DNA from: Candidatus Thorarchaeota archaeon
GTDB taxonomy: Archaea; Asgardarchaeota; Thorarchaeia; Thorarchaeales; Thorarchaeaceae
Length of the DNA: 32,000 nucleotides
Assembly (NCBI GenBank): GCA_003345555.1
Contig: PRDJ01000036.1
Span: forward strand, 82,003-114,002
Reading direction: 5' to 3'
The translations under genes were made by a program, and so were the position numbers. Of the stretch, positions 23,976-32,000 are shown in pieces (within the stretch, counting starts at the first letter, position 1; each line of letters opens with the position of its first letter). Below the pieces are notes generated by a model. It was not told where the DNA came from. It was given only the letters and a program-made list of their open reading frames with translations, and made no database searches.

Positions 23976-24623
23976 TCAGCCAACAAGAAGGCTGGCTATT
24001 GCATCAAGTAATTCGGGTGGACCGCGGTACTCTCTTACTTTGAATTGGGCCCCGATTCTCTCTGCCACGCGCCTGCAAGCTTCGATATCTAAGCCTGGAA
24101 CCCTGACCACCGATAGCTCGACGGTCATATACTTGAGACATCTCTCGGCAAATCGGAGCATTGAGGCATAAGTCTTCTCTCCAAAACTCGGCTTACACAG
24201 CTTGACGTAGGTTTGTGAGTCGGGAGCATTGATAGAGACCTGAACGTGGTTCATTCCTGCCAATGCAAGTTCTCGAGGAACGTCGCGACGAGGATACATT
24301 AAGAGCGCCTCTCCGTTCGTGTTGATTCTCACGGGAATACTGGCTAATGACTTGACCTGCCTCACTGAAGCAAGGGTTCCATCGAGATTCAACAGCGGTT
24401 CACCAAGTCCGACGATTGCCGCCTCAACAAAGCCAGTCTTCCAAGTTCTTCTGATTGCCTCCATGAGTTCCTCGGGTGCGGGATCCCTGTCAAGACTCAA
24501 ATCAAAGCCGAAGACCCCATTGTCATAGTTGCGAATGCAAAACATGCACCGATTAGTGCATCGGTAGGATGGATTGACATAGAGGGTCCTACCTCTCCAG
24601 TAGGTCAAGTTAGGTATAGACAT
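23976..24623 (-). CDS. Radical SAM protein resembling the TatD-associated family
   Basis: 'LYVN...RCTNRCMFCIRN' (CxxxCxxC), 'GLGEPLL', 'VRINTNG', 'VSINAPD...Y...C.P.FG'; SD GTGAGGG upstream. Confidence 0.85.
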   Translation of the reverse strand: MSIPNLTYWRGRTLYVNPSYRCTNRCMFCIRNYDNGVFGFDLSLDRDPAPEELMEAIRRTWKTGFVEAAIVGLGEPLLNLDGTLASVRQVKSLASIPVRINTNGEALLMYPRRDVPRELALAGMNHVQVSINAPDSQTYVKLCKPSFGEKTYASMLRFAERCLKYMTVELSVVRVPGLDIEACRRVAERIGAQFKVREYRGPPELLDAIASLLVG

Positions 24624-24668
24624 CCCTCACGCGCGTACGTCATCATCGGATAAGGATTGGGAACTGGA

Positions 24669-25844
24669 CTAGGCCCGTCTATGATGAACTCCGAAGAAGA
24701 TTAGGGCGGTAAGGAAAAGCAACAGTCCAAGCGACGTGAACGAACCCGAGTATCCGTATCCCGCGGCGAGTATGAAGCCAGTAACAATAGGACCCAACAC
24801 TTGTCCTACATCCATTATTGTGCCAAGAAAGCCCATAGATACACCGTACAACTCCTTTCGCGTTAGCTCCGATACGAGAGGTGGGGTTGAGGATGTAACC
24901 AGTGAGAAACCCAGACCATACACTATCGAAATCATGACGAGTTGATAGAAAGATGTGACAAACTGAGCCGCAAACATTGATACTGCTCCCACCAAAAGCC
25001 CGAGAATGATGGGCTTTCTCCTGCCGATCTTGTCTGAGAGTCCGCCCATGATCGGCTTGCCAATAACGAACGTAGCTATTTCAGCTGCTAACACGATACC
25101 GATCTGGAACAGGTCGATTCCCAGCGACTGAGCATAGAGTACGACGTAGAACTCAAAAGCGCCATAGGTGTAGTATTGCGCCGCTTCCACAAGACTTGTA
25201 GCGACTATGCCGCGATTGAGAGCAACTTCAATCCCTTCCCTGACCGCACTCCTAGGAACCTCTTCTCTGGCAACTGGTGCTTCGTAGGATTCTTTCTTGC
25301 CTCGGAGACCTAGTGCAGACGTCAAAGCCAATATGCCGAAGATGCCGACGACTATGTACAGCTCATGGTAATCGGAAATCGTAACGAGGAGAATGTAGCC
25401 ACCAAGGGTGGGTGCGATTGCCCGTCCGACAGCCGTGGAAGACGAGAAGGTTGACACTCTCTGTCCCTTGCTCTTGGGATACATATCTACGATTGCGGCA
25501 TTTGCAACCGGGACAAGGATAGCTGTGGCAAAGCCGTGGTAAAACCTGACCATGATCAGCTGGTACGGAGTCGTAACAAGAACATAGAGGAACGGAGCTG
25601 TCGCGAATACAACTCCAGCACAGATGATAATCCTTGTTCTGCCCAAGCGATCAGAAAGTGACCCGGCCGGTAGACTCGCAATGAGTCCGGGGATAGTTGA
25701 TGCGGAGGCAACGAATCCCATGAGGTACTCCGGTGTTCCCACACTCTCTGCAAACGGGGCAAGCACAGGGCTCTTCGACATCGTTGAACTGAGAATCGCG
25801 AAGAATCCGGTTACACAGAGTGCTGCGAAAAATCTGCGAGACAT
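24669..25844 (-). CDS. Major facilitator superfamily transporter (12 TM)
   Basis: Motif A twice: 'GSLSDRLGRTR' and 'GGLSDKIGRRK'; 'G...AIAPTLGG'. Confidence 0.92.
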   Translation of the reverse strand: MSRRFFAALCVTGFFAILSSTMSKSPVLAPFAESVGTPEYLMGFVASASTIPGLIASLPAGSLSDRLGRTRIIICAGVVFATAPFLYVLVTTPYQLIMVRFYHGFATAILVPVANAAIVDMYPKSKGQRVSTFSSSTAVGRAIAPTLGGYILLVTISDYHELYIVVGIFGILALTSALGLRGKKESYEAPVAREEVPRSAVREGIEVALNRGIVATSLVEAAQYYTYGAFEFYVVLYAQSLGIDLFQIGIVLAAEIATFVIGKPIMGGLSDKIGRRKPIILGLLVGAVSMFAAQFVTSFYQLVMISIVYGLGFSLVTSSTPPLVSELTRKELYGVSMGFLGTIMDVGQVLGPIVTGFILAAGYGYSGSFTSLGLLLFLTALIFFGVHHRRA

Positions 25845-25868
25845 GACCAGTCATCTCGTTGTCTAGCG

Positions 25869-26297
25869 TCAAGCCTCATCTTTCAGGATGGCGTAGATGG
25901 CATCCAAGACGAGTAAGCCTCTGTCAACTATCTCATTGTCTGATTTCGATATTGGGTCCAGTCCTTTCAGAACGTAGCATAAACCTAGTGTCTCCCCAAG
26001 CGCAACGCGCCTCGGATCTTCGTCTGCGTCTATTTCGTAGTCGTGGATGATTTTGCCTATTCTTACCGCGACTGCATCTCGAACCTTGTATTCTTCTAGA
26101 AGTATGTCGTAAGTAGTCTTCTTCCCTTCGACTGGTTTGATGTCGGCCCCGGGCAGCGTAAAGGCGATTGACCCCTTGGGAATCGGATCGTCTTTATTGA
26201 TAAAACCAAACTTCGCCGCCTTGTCGATGAACCTCTTTATCAGCCACGCTGACGCACAGCGGTCAACGTGAGGCTTGGTCCGAGTAATCCACTTCAT
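25869..26297 (-). CDS. Stand-alone ChrB (chromate resistance protein) C-terminal-domain protein
   Basis: 'MKWITRTKPHVDRCASAWLIKRFID..A.F', 'TTYDILLEEY', 'IIHDYEID', 'D.......GL.V.DA.Y'. Confidence 0.75.
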   Translation of the reverse strand: MKWITRTKPHVDRCASAWLIKRFIDKAAKFGFINKDDPIPKGSIAFTLPGADIKPVEGKKTTYDILLEEYKVRDAVAVRIGKIIHDYEIDADEDPRRVALGETLGLCYVLKGLDPISKSDNEIVDRGLLVLDAIYAILKDEA

Positions 26298-26483
26298 GCT
26301 CTTCGCCGAAGTAATTCAAGGTTTCGACAAGTATATAGAACATCCTCTAGGTCGGTTATTCTTGAATGCGGCACAAGTCGAATCCTTCGATGCAACCTTT
26401 ATGCGTATAAGCTGCAACGATGCGGTGTGGAAACTCGCAATCGAGTACGCTGGAGCAAGACCAAGAACGCTGAGGAGTAGTCC

Positions 26484-28136
26484 ATGCGAAGGTACCTTCT
26501 AAGTCTGGTCGGAGGCATAGCTATTCTTGCTGCCGGTGCATTCCTGATTACAGCCATCCGGCCAGATCTAGATATCGGGCTCCTTTCGCTCTCCACTCTG
26601 AGCACAGTCACGCGAATTGGAATCACACTGTTGATTTCGATAGCTTGGGGCGCCTCCTTTGGTATCCTATGCGCCACGAACAAGACTGCTTCCCGAGTGA
26701 TTGTCCCAATCATTGACCTGCTACAGTCTCTGCCTATCCTAGGGTACTTTCCAATGGTCGTCGCGTTTCTATTCACTTGGGGCGCATTTGGCATCGAACT
26801 GGCCGTCATTGTCCTGCTGTTCACATCTATGGCGTGGTCTATCTTCTTCGGAGTCATGGGCGCCGTTCGTAACATCTCTCCAAGCATAATAGAAGCGGGC
26901 CGAAGCTTTGGTATTGTAGGATGGCCGTATATCAGGCACATTATACTCCCGTCTATTGTACCTGCTCTGATTTCGGCAGGGAACCTTGCGTGGTGTGACG
27001 GTTGGTTCTTCATAATTGCAGCTGAATACATTCAGTACCAGAATGAAGTGGTCGGGCCGCCGTCTGGCGGACTAGGGTATCTGCTTGCCAAAGCCGCGTT
27101 CCAGCAGCAAGACATGGTGCTCTCCTTCAGTCTGCTACTATATATCACCTTCATTGTCGTCTACTTCAACACAATAACATGGCAGCGACTCATGGAACGC
27201 ACCAGCGCTGACGCATTTGGGCCCATATTCAGAACCCACGTCTCCATGCCAGGCAAGTTTGGTATCGCCAAAGCTAGTCAGCGTCTTCGACTAGAAGGAG
27301 CCCATTGGTCAAGACCGTTCACCAGCATGTGGCAACGGCTGCGCAAATACTCGCGCGTGGAGAAGGGTATCCTCACTGCTATGGGTGTCTTGGTTGCGAG
27401 TGTGATCGTATACATCCTGGTTTTCCAGCTCCCGACAGGGGCACTGATTCTGCAGGGCCTAGCGACGCCTCCAGCAAGCGAGTTGCCACATCTCCCGCTG
27501 TTGGTGTTGCTGACGATGAGTCGCCTAACAATCGCGTATGTGATATCATTGGTAGTGGCTATCAGCTTGGGAGTCTTGGCCGCGGAACACAAGGGAGTAG
27601 CCAGAGTACTTTATCCAATATATGACATAGGACAGGGCGTCCCTATCTTGGCTCTCTTCCCTGTAATCTACCTCGGGTTGAGTGGGTTCTTTGCATCCAC
27701 TGAGGCCGCTCTCGAAGTAACGTGCATCTTGATGCTCGTTCTGGATATGATATGGTACATGTTCATGAACATCGTAAGCGCAGTGAAAGTGATTCCCAGC
27801 GAGATTCGGGAGGTCGGTCAAGTCTTCGGTTTCAAGGGATGGCACCGCATCAGGCACATCATCTTGCCTTCCATCATGCCAGCTATCGTGACAGGTAGCA
27901 TATTATCATGGGGGACCGGATGGAACACAGTCATCTTCGCGGAGTACCTTGAGACCATCCCGCCAGCATATCTCCCGGGTATCGGCTCGCTAATGGATCG
28001 GGCGGGATATGTGTACGGCAACACTGTCATCCTAATCCTGTTACTTGGTGTCATAGCCGCCATCGTCCTTGCTACGGAGGCCCTGCTCTGGAGGCCATTG
28101 ATGAGAAAGCGCGAGAAACACGAGGTGGTTGGCTAG
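26484..28136 (+). CDS. NitT/TauT-type ABC permease with two fused permease domains
   Basis: Two 'P..D..Q..P.L..FP' segments and two EAA loops ('IIEAGRSFG..GW.Y..HIILP', 'IREVGQVFG..GW....HIILP'). Confidence 0.88.
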   Translation: MRRYLLSLVGGIAILAAGAFLITAIRPDLDIGLLSLSTLSTVTRIGITLLISIAWGASFGILCATNKTASRVIVPIIDLLQSLPILGYFPMVVAFLFTWGAFGIELAVIVLLFTSMAWSIFFGVMGAVRNISPSIIEAGRSFGIVGWPYIRHIILPSIVPALISAGNLAWCDGWFFIIAAEYIQYQNEVVGPPSGGLGYLLAKAAFQQQDMVLSFSLLLYITFIVVYFNTITWQRLMERTSADAFGPIFRTHVSMPGKFGIAKASQRLRLEGAHWSRPFTSMWQRLRKYSRVEKGILTAMGVLVASVIVYILVFQLPTGALILQGLATPPASELPHLPLLVLLTMSRLTIAYVISLVVAISLGVLAAEHKGVARVLYPIYDIGQGVPILALFPVIYLGLSGFFASTEAALEVTCILMLVLDMIWYMFMNIVSAVKVIPSEIREVGQVFGFKGWHRIRHIILPSIMPAIVTGSILSWGTGWNTVIFAEYLETIPPAYLPGIGSLMDRAGYVYGNTVILILLLGVIAAIVLATEALLWRPLMRKREKHEVVG

Positions 28137-28138
28137 GA

Positions 28139-28948
28139 ATGGCGATACTTGATTTCCAATCCGTTAGCAAGAGTTTCACGAAGGACATGACACGAATCGA
28201 TGTTCTGGAGGAAGTCTCATTCACAGTAGACGAAGAGTTTGTGTGTATAGTTGGCCCATCGGGTTGCGGCAAGTCCACACTACTTCGTATTGCGGCGGGC
28301 CTTGAACATGCAGATTCCGGTCAGATCCTGTTCAAGGGAGACCCAGTAATCAAACCTACCCAGAAGATCGCGATGGTATTCCAACTCTTCGGATTGTTGC
28401 CTTGGAAGACGGCAATTGAAAACGTTATGCTTCCTCTGGAAATTGCCGGTCTTGATAAAGAGACACGGAGCCAGCGGGCTCGGGAACATCTTCACAACGT
28501 AGAACTCGATGGATTCGAAGGCACATACCCTCACGATCTCTCTGGTGGTATGAAGCAGCGTGTTGGCATCGCGCGTGCTCTTGCACTAAGGCCGGATGTT
28601 CTTCTCATGGACGAGCCTTTTTCCTCTCTGGACGAACTGACCGCCAAGACTCTGAGAGAGATGGTTCTGAAGATCTGGCGCGAACCTGAACCGCCTAACA
28701 CCTTCATAATGGTGAGCCACAATGTCGAAGAGGCCGTGTTGATGGCCGATCGAGTGCTGGTCATGTCATCAAGACCAGGCAAAGTCATCGGCGAGGTCCA
28801 AGTAGATATTCCTCGCCCGAGGATTGACCATTGTAGAGGAACGCAGTACTTCGACTCGGTTGATGACGTAGTAGGTCTCCTAGAAAAAGGAAAGAAGATG
28901 AGACCGATCTCTAACAACACTCCAGACCATGTTCCGGCTTCAGAGTGA
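28139..28948 (+). CDS. NitT/TauT-type ABC ATP-binding protein
   Basis: GPSGCGKST, 'MVFQ.FGLLPW.T..ENV', LSGGMKQRV, LLMDEPFSSLD, 'VSHNVEEAVLMADRVLVM..RPG'. Confidence 0.93.
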   Translation: MAILDFQSVSKSFTKDMTRIDVLEEVSFTVDEEFVCIVGPSGCGKSTLLRIAAGLEHADSGQILFKGDPVIKPTQKIAMVFQLFGLLPWKTAIENVMLPLEIAGLDKETRSQRAREHLHNVELDGFEGTYPHDLSGGMKQRVGIARALALRPDVLLMDEPFSSLDELTAKTLREMVLKIWREPEPPNTFIMVSHNVEEAVLMADRVLVMSSRPGKVIGEVQVDIPRPRIDHCRGTQYFDSVDDVVGLLEKGKKMRPISNNTPDHVPASE

Positions 28949-29087
28949 GCTACGGCTTCTCACAGATGCAAGATGCTGCTTCGGCGATGAGGTCTTCAGA
29001 CTTCGACACACACCTTATAGGAGACTGCGTGGATTCAGTTGGTGCGCGACGAACTGATGGCGCCGCAAGACGTCTGGGAATCTGAGT

Positions 29088-29798
29088 ATGCTAACACGCA
29101 CCGACCTCCTCATCTGGTTTCTTGGTGCATGGATTGCCTCAGCTGCCGCGTACGGCCTGCTCAAGAGGCGGCGAGGAACAGGGCTTCCTCCAGGAGCAGT
29201 TGAGGTTGGCAAGCCACAGAGGGATCTAGGTGACGCACCGGCCGGAACAGCGTGGTCAAGATGGGGGATTATCGTAGGGATGGGGGTCAATTCATTCCTC
29301 ACAGTTGTCGTGTTCCTTCTGTGCGCCTTCGACCTATGGAACACAGTATGGCCGTTCATGGCTATCGACTTGCCTGCATCAATTAACTGGACCGGGATCG
29401 CAGGTATCTGGGTGACGGACATGTGGGGTGTCGCTGTCATGTACTACAACGTGAACTACGTGCCAGCTAATAGGCCGATGCGTGAAGCGTCTGCACTCTT
29501 GGGCTCGGAACATGGTGGCTACGTGCTTGCAACGGGAGGACCCTACAGATGGGTAAGGCACCCAATGTACGTAAGCAAGATTGTCTTTGGCCTTTTTCTC
29601 TTTCTCGCAACTGGCATTTGGCTCGCGTTCTTCAGCTTGATTGCCGCCGTATCACTTCCGACTCAGGCGAGAGGAGAAGAAGAGCTACTGCGGAGCATAT
29701 TTGGCAAGGCCTATGACGACTATGCCGCTAGAACCGGGAGATTCCTTCCGATAATCCGAAGAGCGAGGCGTACGGAAATGGTCCACGACCCGAACTAG
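29088..29798 (+). CDS. Isoprenylcysteine carboxyl methyltransferase (ICMT/PEMT)-family membrane protein
   Basis: 'LATGGPYRWVRHPMY', 'EEELL...FG..Y..Y...T.RF.P'; several TM segments. Confidence 0.85.
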   Translation: MLTRTDLLIWFLGAWIASAAAYGLLKRRRGTGLPPGAVEVGKPQRDLGDAPAGTAWSRWGIIVGMGVNSFLTVVVFLLCAFDLWNTVWPFMAIDLPASINWTGIAGIWVTDMWGVAVMYYNVNYVPANRPMREASALLGSEHGGYVLATGGPYRWVRHPMYVSKIVFGLFLFLATGIWLAFFSLIAAVSLPTQARGEEELLRSIFGKAYDDYAARTGRFLPIIRRARRTEMVHDPN

Positions 29799-29891
29799 GC
29801 GTGGACTTACGGTGCAAGTCGGAAGCAGCTCAGAGAAATCAATACCCAACTCCTACTGCATTGACAGGGTCTGTCTCAGACGAAGCAAAGG

Positions 29892-31490
29892 TCAGAACGC
29901 CCACAACATCGTCATGATAGCTACAACTGCGGTCATCAAGATCGCCACGACTGCGCCATAACGAATGACTCTGCCTTCAATACCTATTTGGTCAATGACT
30001 GCCGCAGCATTCTGAATCTTCGCCGGGCTGAGAACGCTTGCCAAACCACCGCCGATACCGTTGGAAGCTGCGACCACGATTGAGTTCGCGCCAATCAGCG
30101 TGCTCGCCTCATGATGGTATTTCGTAAACATTGCTATTGCGGAAGTCTCGGAACCAGAGATGAATCCGGCCAAGAGCCCGAGGAACGCCGCCGTCAAAGG
30201 ATACCCTCTACCCAAGGTCTCAGATGTCATCGTTGCGAGCATGTAAATCATATTGTTCGTTGGCGTGGCAGACGGGAATGTCCATTTGCCCAAGTCGAAG
30301 TAGAAACCGCTATAGTTCATGACCTCAGCCATGGCGAAGAATATCGCAGCAGCTAGTACTGGCCTAGGTGCACGTTTCATGAACTTCGCAAATACGTTCC
30401 GAAGAGTCGTCTTGTCTCGCCTGAAGAACGGAATAGACAGGACAGTCGCAATCAACATGAGAGTGTAGGCCTGCCACAGTACTCTTGTGGGAATGAGATC
30501 TGGATAGCTGCCAACGACGACCTTCATGGCTAGCTGGTTATACAGAATGTCCCTGAAATAGGGAATCAGATTCGTCATGAGACATAGAACCACCAGTATG
30601 AGCCAAGGTATGCTGGCGCGCTTCAGACTCATCGAAGCCACAATTTCATTGTCCTTTTCGGACAACATGCTCTTGTCAATCAATGGCCGACGACGGGCTT
30701 TATTGTAGAGAAAGAGAACCAACAGGACTGCCGCGCCTGCAAACACATCAGTAAGCGTAGTCTGATTCACAATGGCTGTATTGCATACAATTGAAACGAC
30801 ACCGGCAGTGACGCCGCATACGGCCGCAAGCAATAGGCCTTCTCTGCTCTTGAGGAGCTTACTACCGCCCCCAATCCAAAGCATCGAAACAGCGATACCG
30901 GTTGTGATTATAGGCATATAGAAGGAAAAAACCGACCCGGCCTGCCAAAGTGGAATGTCAACCCCGCTCACCTGTGAATATGTGTCCCTGAACACAACTG
31001 CTGGTACGCCCAGCAAAGCAAACGTAGTCAATGGATCGTAACCGATTGCAGGAAGAGCCACTGCAACAAGCGGATTGAATCCAAGCGCGAGCATGACTGG
31101 TGGCAACATTGACACCGGTGTGGCACCAATGCCCACCAGAAACAGACCGAGACCAAGACTGATTATCATGATCTGCATCGGCCTGCTTCCTCCGCCTAAC
31201 GTCTTGAAGAATACAACGAGCCTCTGAAGCGATCCGGTCTCTTGCATGTACGTCATCATGAGTATCGATGTCGCAACCATGAGCGAGATAGGGAATGATT
31301 TCACGATACCCGCCACGCTGGCCGTGAGCACAATGATGAAATCCGTTTGAAAAGCAAGGACTGCTATCACGACCGTTACCAGCCAAACGACTACGCCGGT
31401 CGTGTCCGCGGCTCTGTGAAGGAAGACGAGCATGACAAAAGCAAGTGCTATGGGGAGCACTATCAGGAGCAGACCTACAAGTGCTTCCAT
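29892..31490 (-). CDS. lctP: L-lactate permease family transporter
   Basis: Polytopic; 'G.DP.TTFA.LG.P', 'LGLLAGFISGSETS..AMF...H', 'A.SN.IGGG.AS..SPAKI..AAA' match the LctP pattern. Confidence 0.8.
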   Translation of the reverse strand: MEALVGLLLIVLPIALAFVMLVFLHRAADTTGVVVWLVTVVIAVLAFQTDFIIVLTASVAGIVKSFPISLMVATSILMMTYMQETGSLQRLVVFFKTLGGGSRPMQIMIISLGLGLFLVGIGATPVSMLPPVMLALGFNPLVAVALPAIGYDPLTTFALLGVPAVVFRDTYSQVSGVDIPLWQAGSVFSFYMPIITTGIAVSMLWIGGGSKLLKSREGLLLAAVCGVTAGVVSIVCNTAIVNQTTLTDVFAGAAVLLVLFLYNKARRRPLIDKSMLSEKDNEIVASMSLKRASIPWLILVVLCLMTNLIPYFRDILYNQLAMKVVVGSYPDLIPTRVLWQAYTLMLIATVLSIPFFRRDKTTLRNVFAKFMKRAPRPVLAAAIFFAMAEVMNYSGFYFDLGKWTFPSATPTNNMIYMLATMTSETLGRGYPLTAAFLGLLAGFISGSETSAIAMFTKYHHEASTLIGANSIVVAASNGIGGGLASVLSPAKIQNAAAVIDQIGIEGRVIRYGAVVAILMTAVVAIMTMLWAF

Positions 31491-31493
31491 TCT

Positions 31494-32000
31494 CTACGCC
31501 TTCTTTTCCAAGTGACCGTTGGCGAAGTACCAGTCTATCGTCTTCTTGATACAATCTACCATCGTGTAGCGAGGAGACCATCCCAAGAGCCGCTTTGCCT
31601 TCTCATTCGTGTACCATCGATCCTCGACCATACTCTGAATGGTTTGCCTGTGCCAAAGGAAAGTTGTTCCGTGTCGGTTCTTGATTGGACTCAGAAGACC
31701 AATGCCCAGTTTAGCAAGAGATGTAGGGATATACCTTGTCGGTGGCTTCACACCCAAGCAGTCTGCAATGAACACTATCAGGTCCTTGTACTTGATTGGT
31801 TCGTTCGGAGATAGTATTATCGTGGTGTTCAGTGCGCCCCGCGAAGTCAGGGCTTTGGCAAAACCGTCTACAACATCATCAACATGTGAGTACATTATGT
31901 GCTTCTGACCGTCCCCAGGAAGAACAGGAACTGCACGGTCATTCAGATTCTTGATTAACTCGAACGCCGAGTAGAAGTCGCCCTCTCCCATGACGCCTGT
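31494..32000 (-). CDS. NAD-dependent epimerase/dehydratase (extended SDR), 5'-truncated by the window end
   Basis: Frame is open to the window edge (TGVMGEGD); 'GDGQKHIMYSHVDDVVDG', 'YTNEKAKRLLGWSPRY....I..T..WY'. Confidence 0.8.
   Translation of the reverse strand, partial: TGVMGEGDFYSAFELIKNLNDRAVPVLPGDGQKHIMYSHVDDVVDGFAKALTSRGALNTTIILSPNEPIKYKDLIVFIADCLGVKPPTRYIPTSLAKLGIGLLSPIKNRHGTTFLWHRQTIQSMVEDRWYTNEKAKRLLGWSPRYTMVDCIKKTIDWYFANGHLEKKA

Noticed and set aside
23910-23978. The radical SAM TGA stop is in frame with the downstream MBL gene (possible Sec read-through fusion)
   Set aside because: Frame match has a one-in-three chance, the context is not a redox motif, I see no SECIS-like structure, and the spacer contains a TATA-like box.
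29088-29798. ICMT-family gene as a eukaryotic signature of protein prenylation
   Set aside because: ICMT/PEMT-like proteins are widespread in prokaryotes, and no prenyltransferase or CaaX substrate is evident here.
83-31908. The many other 60-210 aa ORFs in the track that overlap the called genes
   Set aside because: They are antisense or alternative-frame shadows of well-supported genes and carry no motifs.
1-32000. tRNA, rRNA, CRISPR arrays, transposases or integrases
   Set aside because: By eye I found no T-loop/cloverleaf signature, no regularly spaced direct repeats and no transposase or recombinase motifs; tRNAscan-SE, Infernal and CRISPR finders would be needed to exclude them formally.

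Overview
Archaeal genomic window of about 50% GC, densely coding. It carries an archaeal-type TBP with an acidic tail, an archaeal-type AsnRS, TATA-like boxes and a GGAGGTGA Shine-Dalgarno site. The gene content (giant double-FtsX permeases, an Ig-repeat surface glycoprotein, SCP2 proteins) suggests an Asgard, possibly Thorarchaeia-like, organism; this is inference only. Left to right: a 4-gene MacB/LolCDE-type ABC operon whose last ATPase carries an AbrB-like tail; a small membrane protein; asnS; a surface glycoprotein; a lysophospholipase-like hydrolase; a DUF4332 protein; an unexplained hairpin-rich 0.4 kb gap; tbp; a 1.2 kaa fusion of a tungsten-type aldehyde:ferredoxin oxidoreductase (AOR) to an acyl-CoA ligase, divergent from moaD and two SCP2-like genes; a site-2 protease; an HhH-GPD-like protein; a minus-strand run of ChrB-like, MFS, radical SAM, MBL hydrolase and FadH genes; a NitT/TauT-type ABC pair without a binding protein; an ICMT-family protein; a lactate permease; and a truncated SDR. 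I found no tRNA, rRNA, CRISPR array or transposase. The best candidate for an undescribed system is the AOR/acyl-CoA-ligase fusion with its MoaD/SCP2 partners, a putative lipid-aldehyde-to-acyl-CoA channel. All family calls come from motif recognition by eye; no database searches were run.
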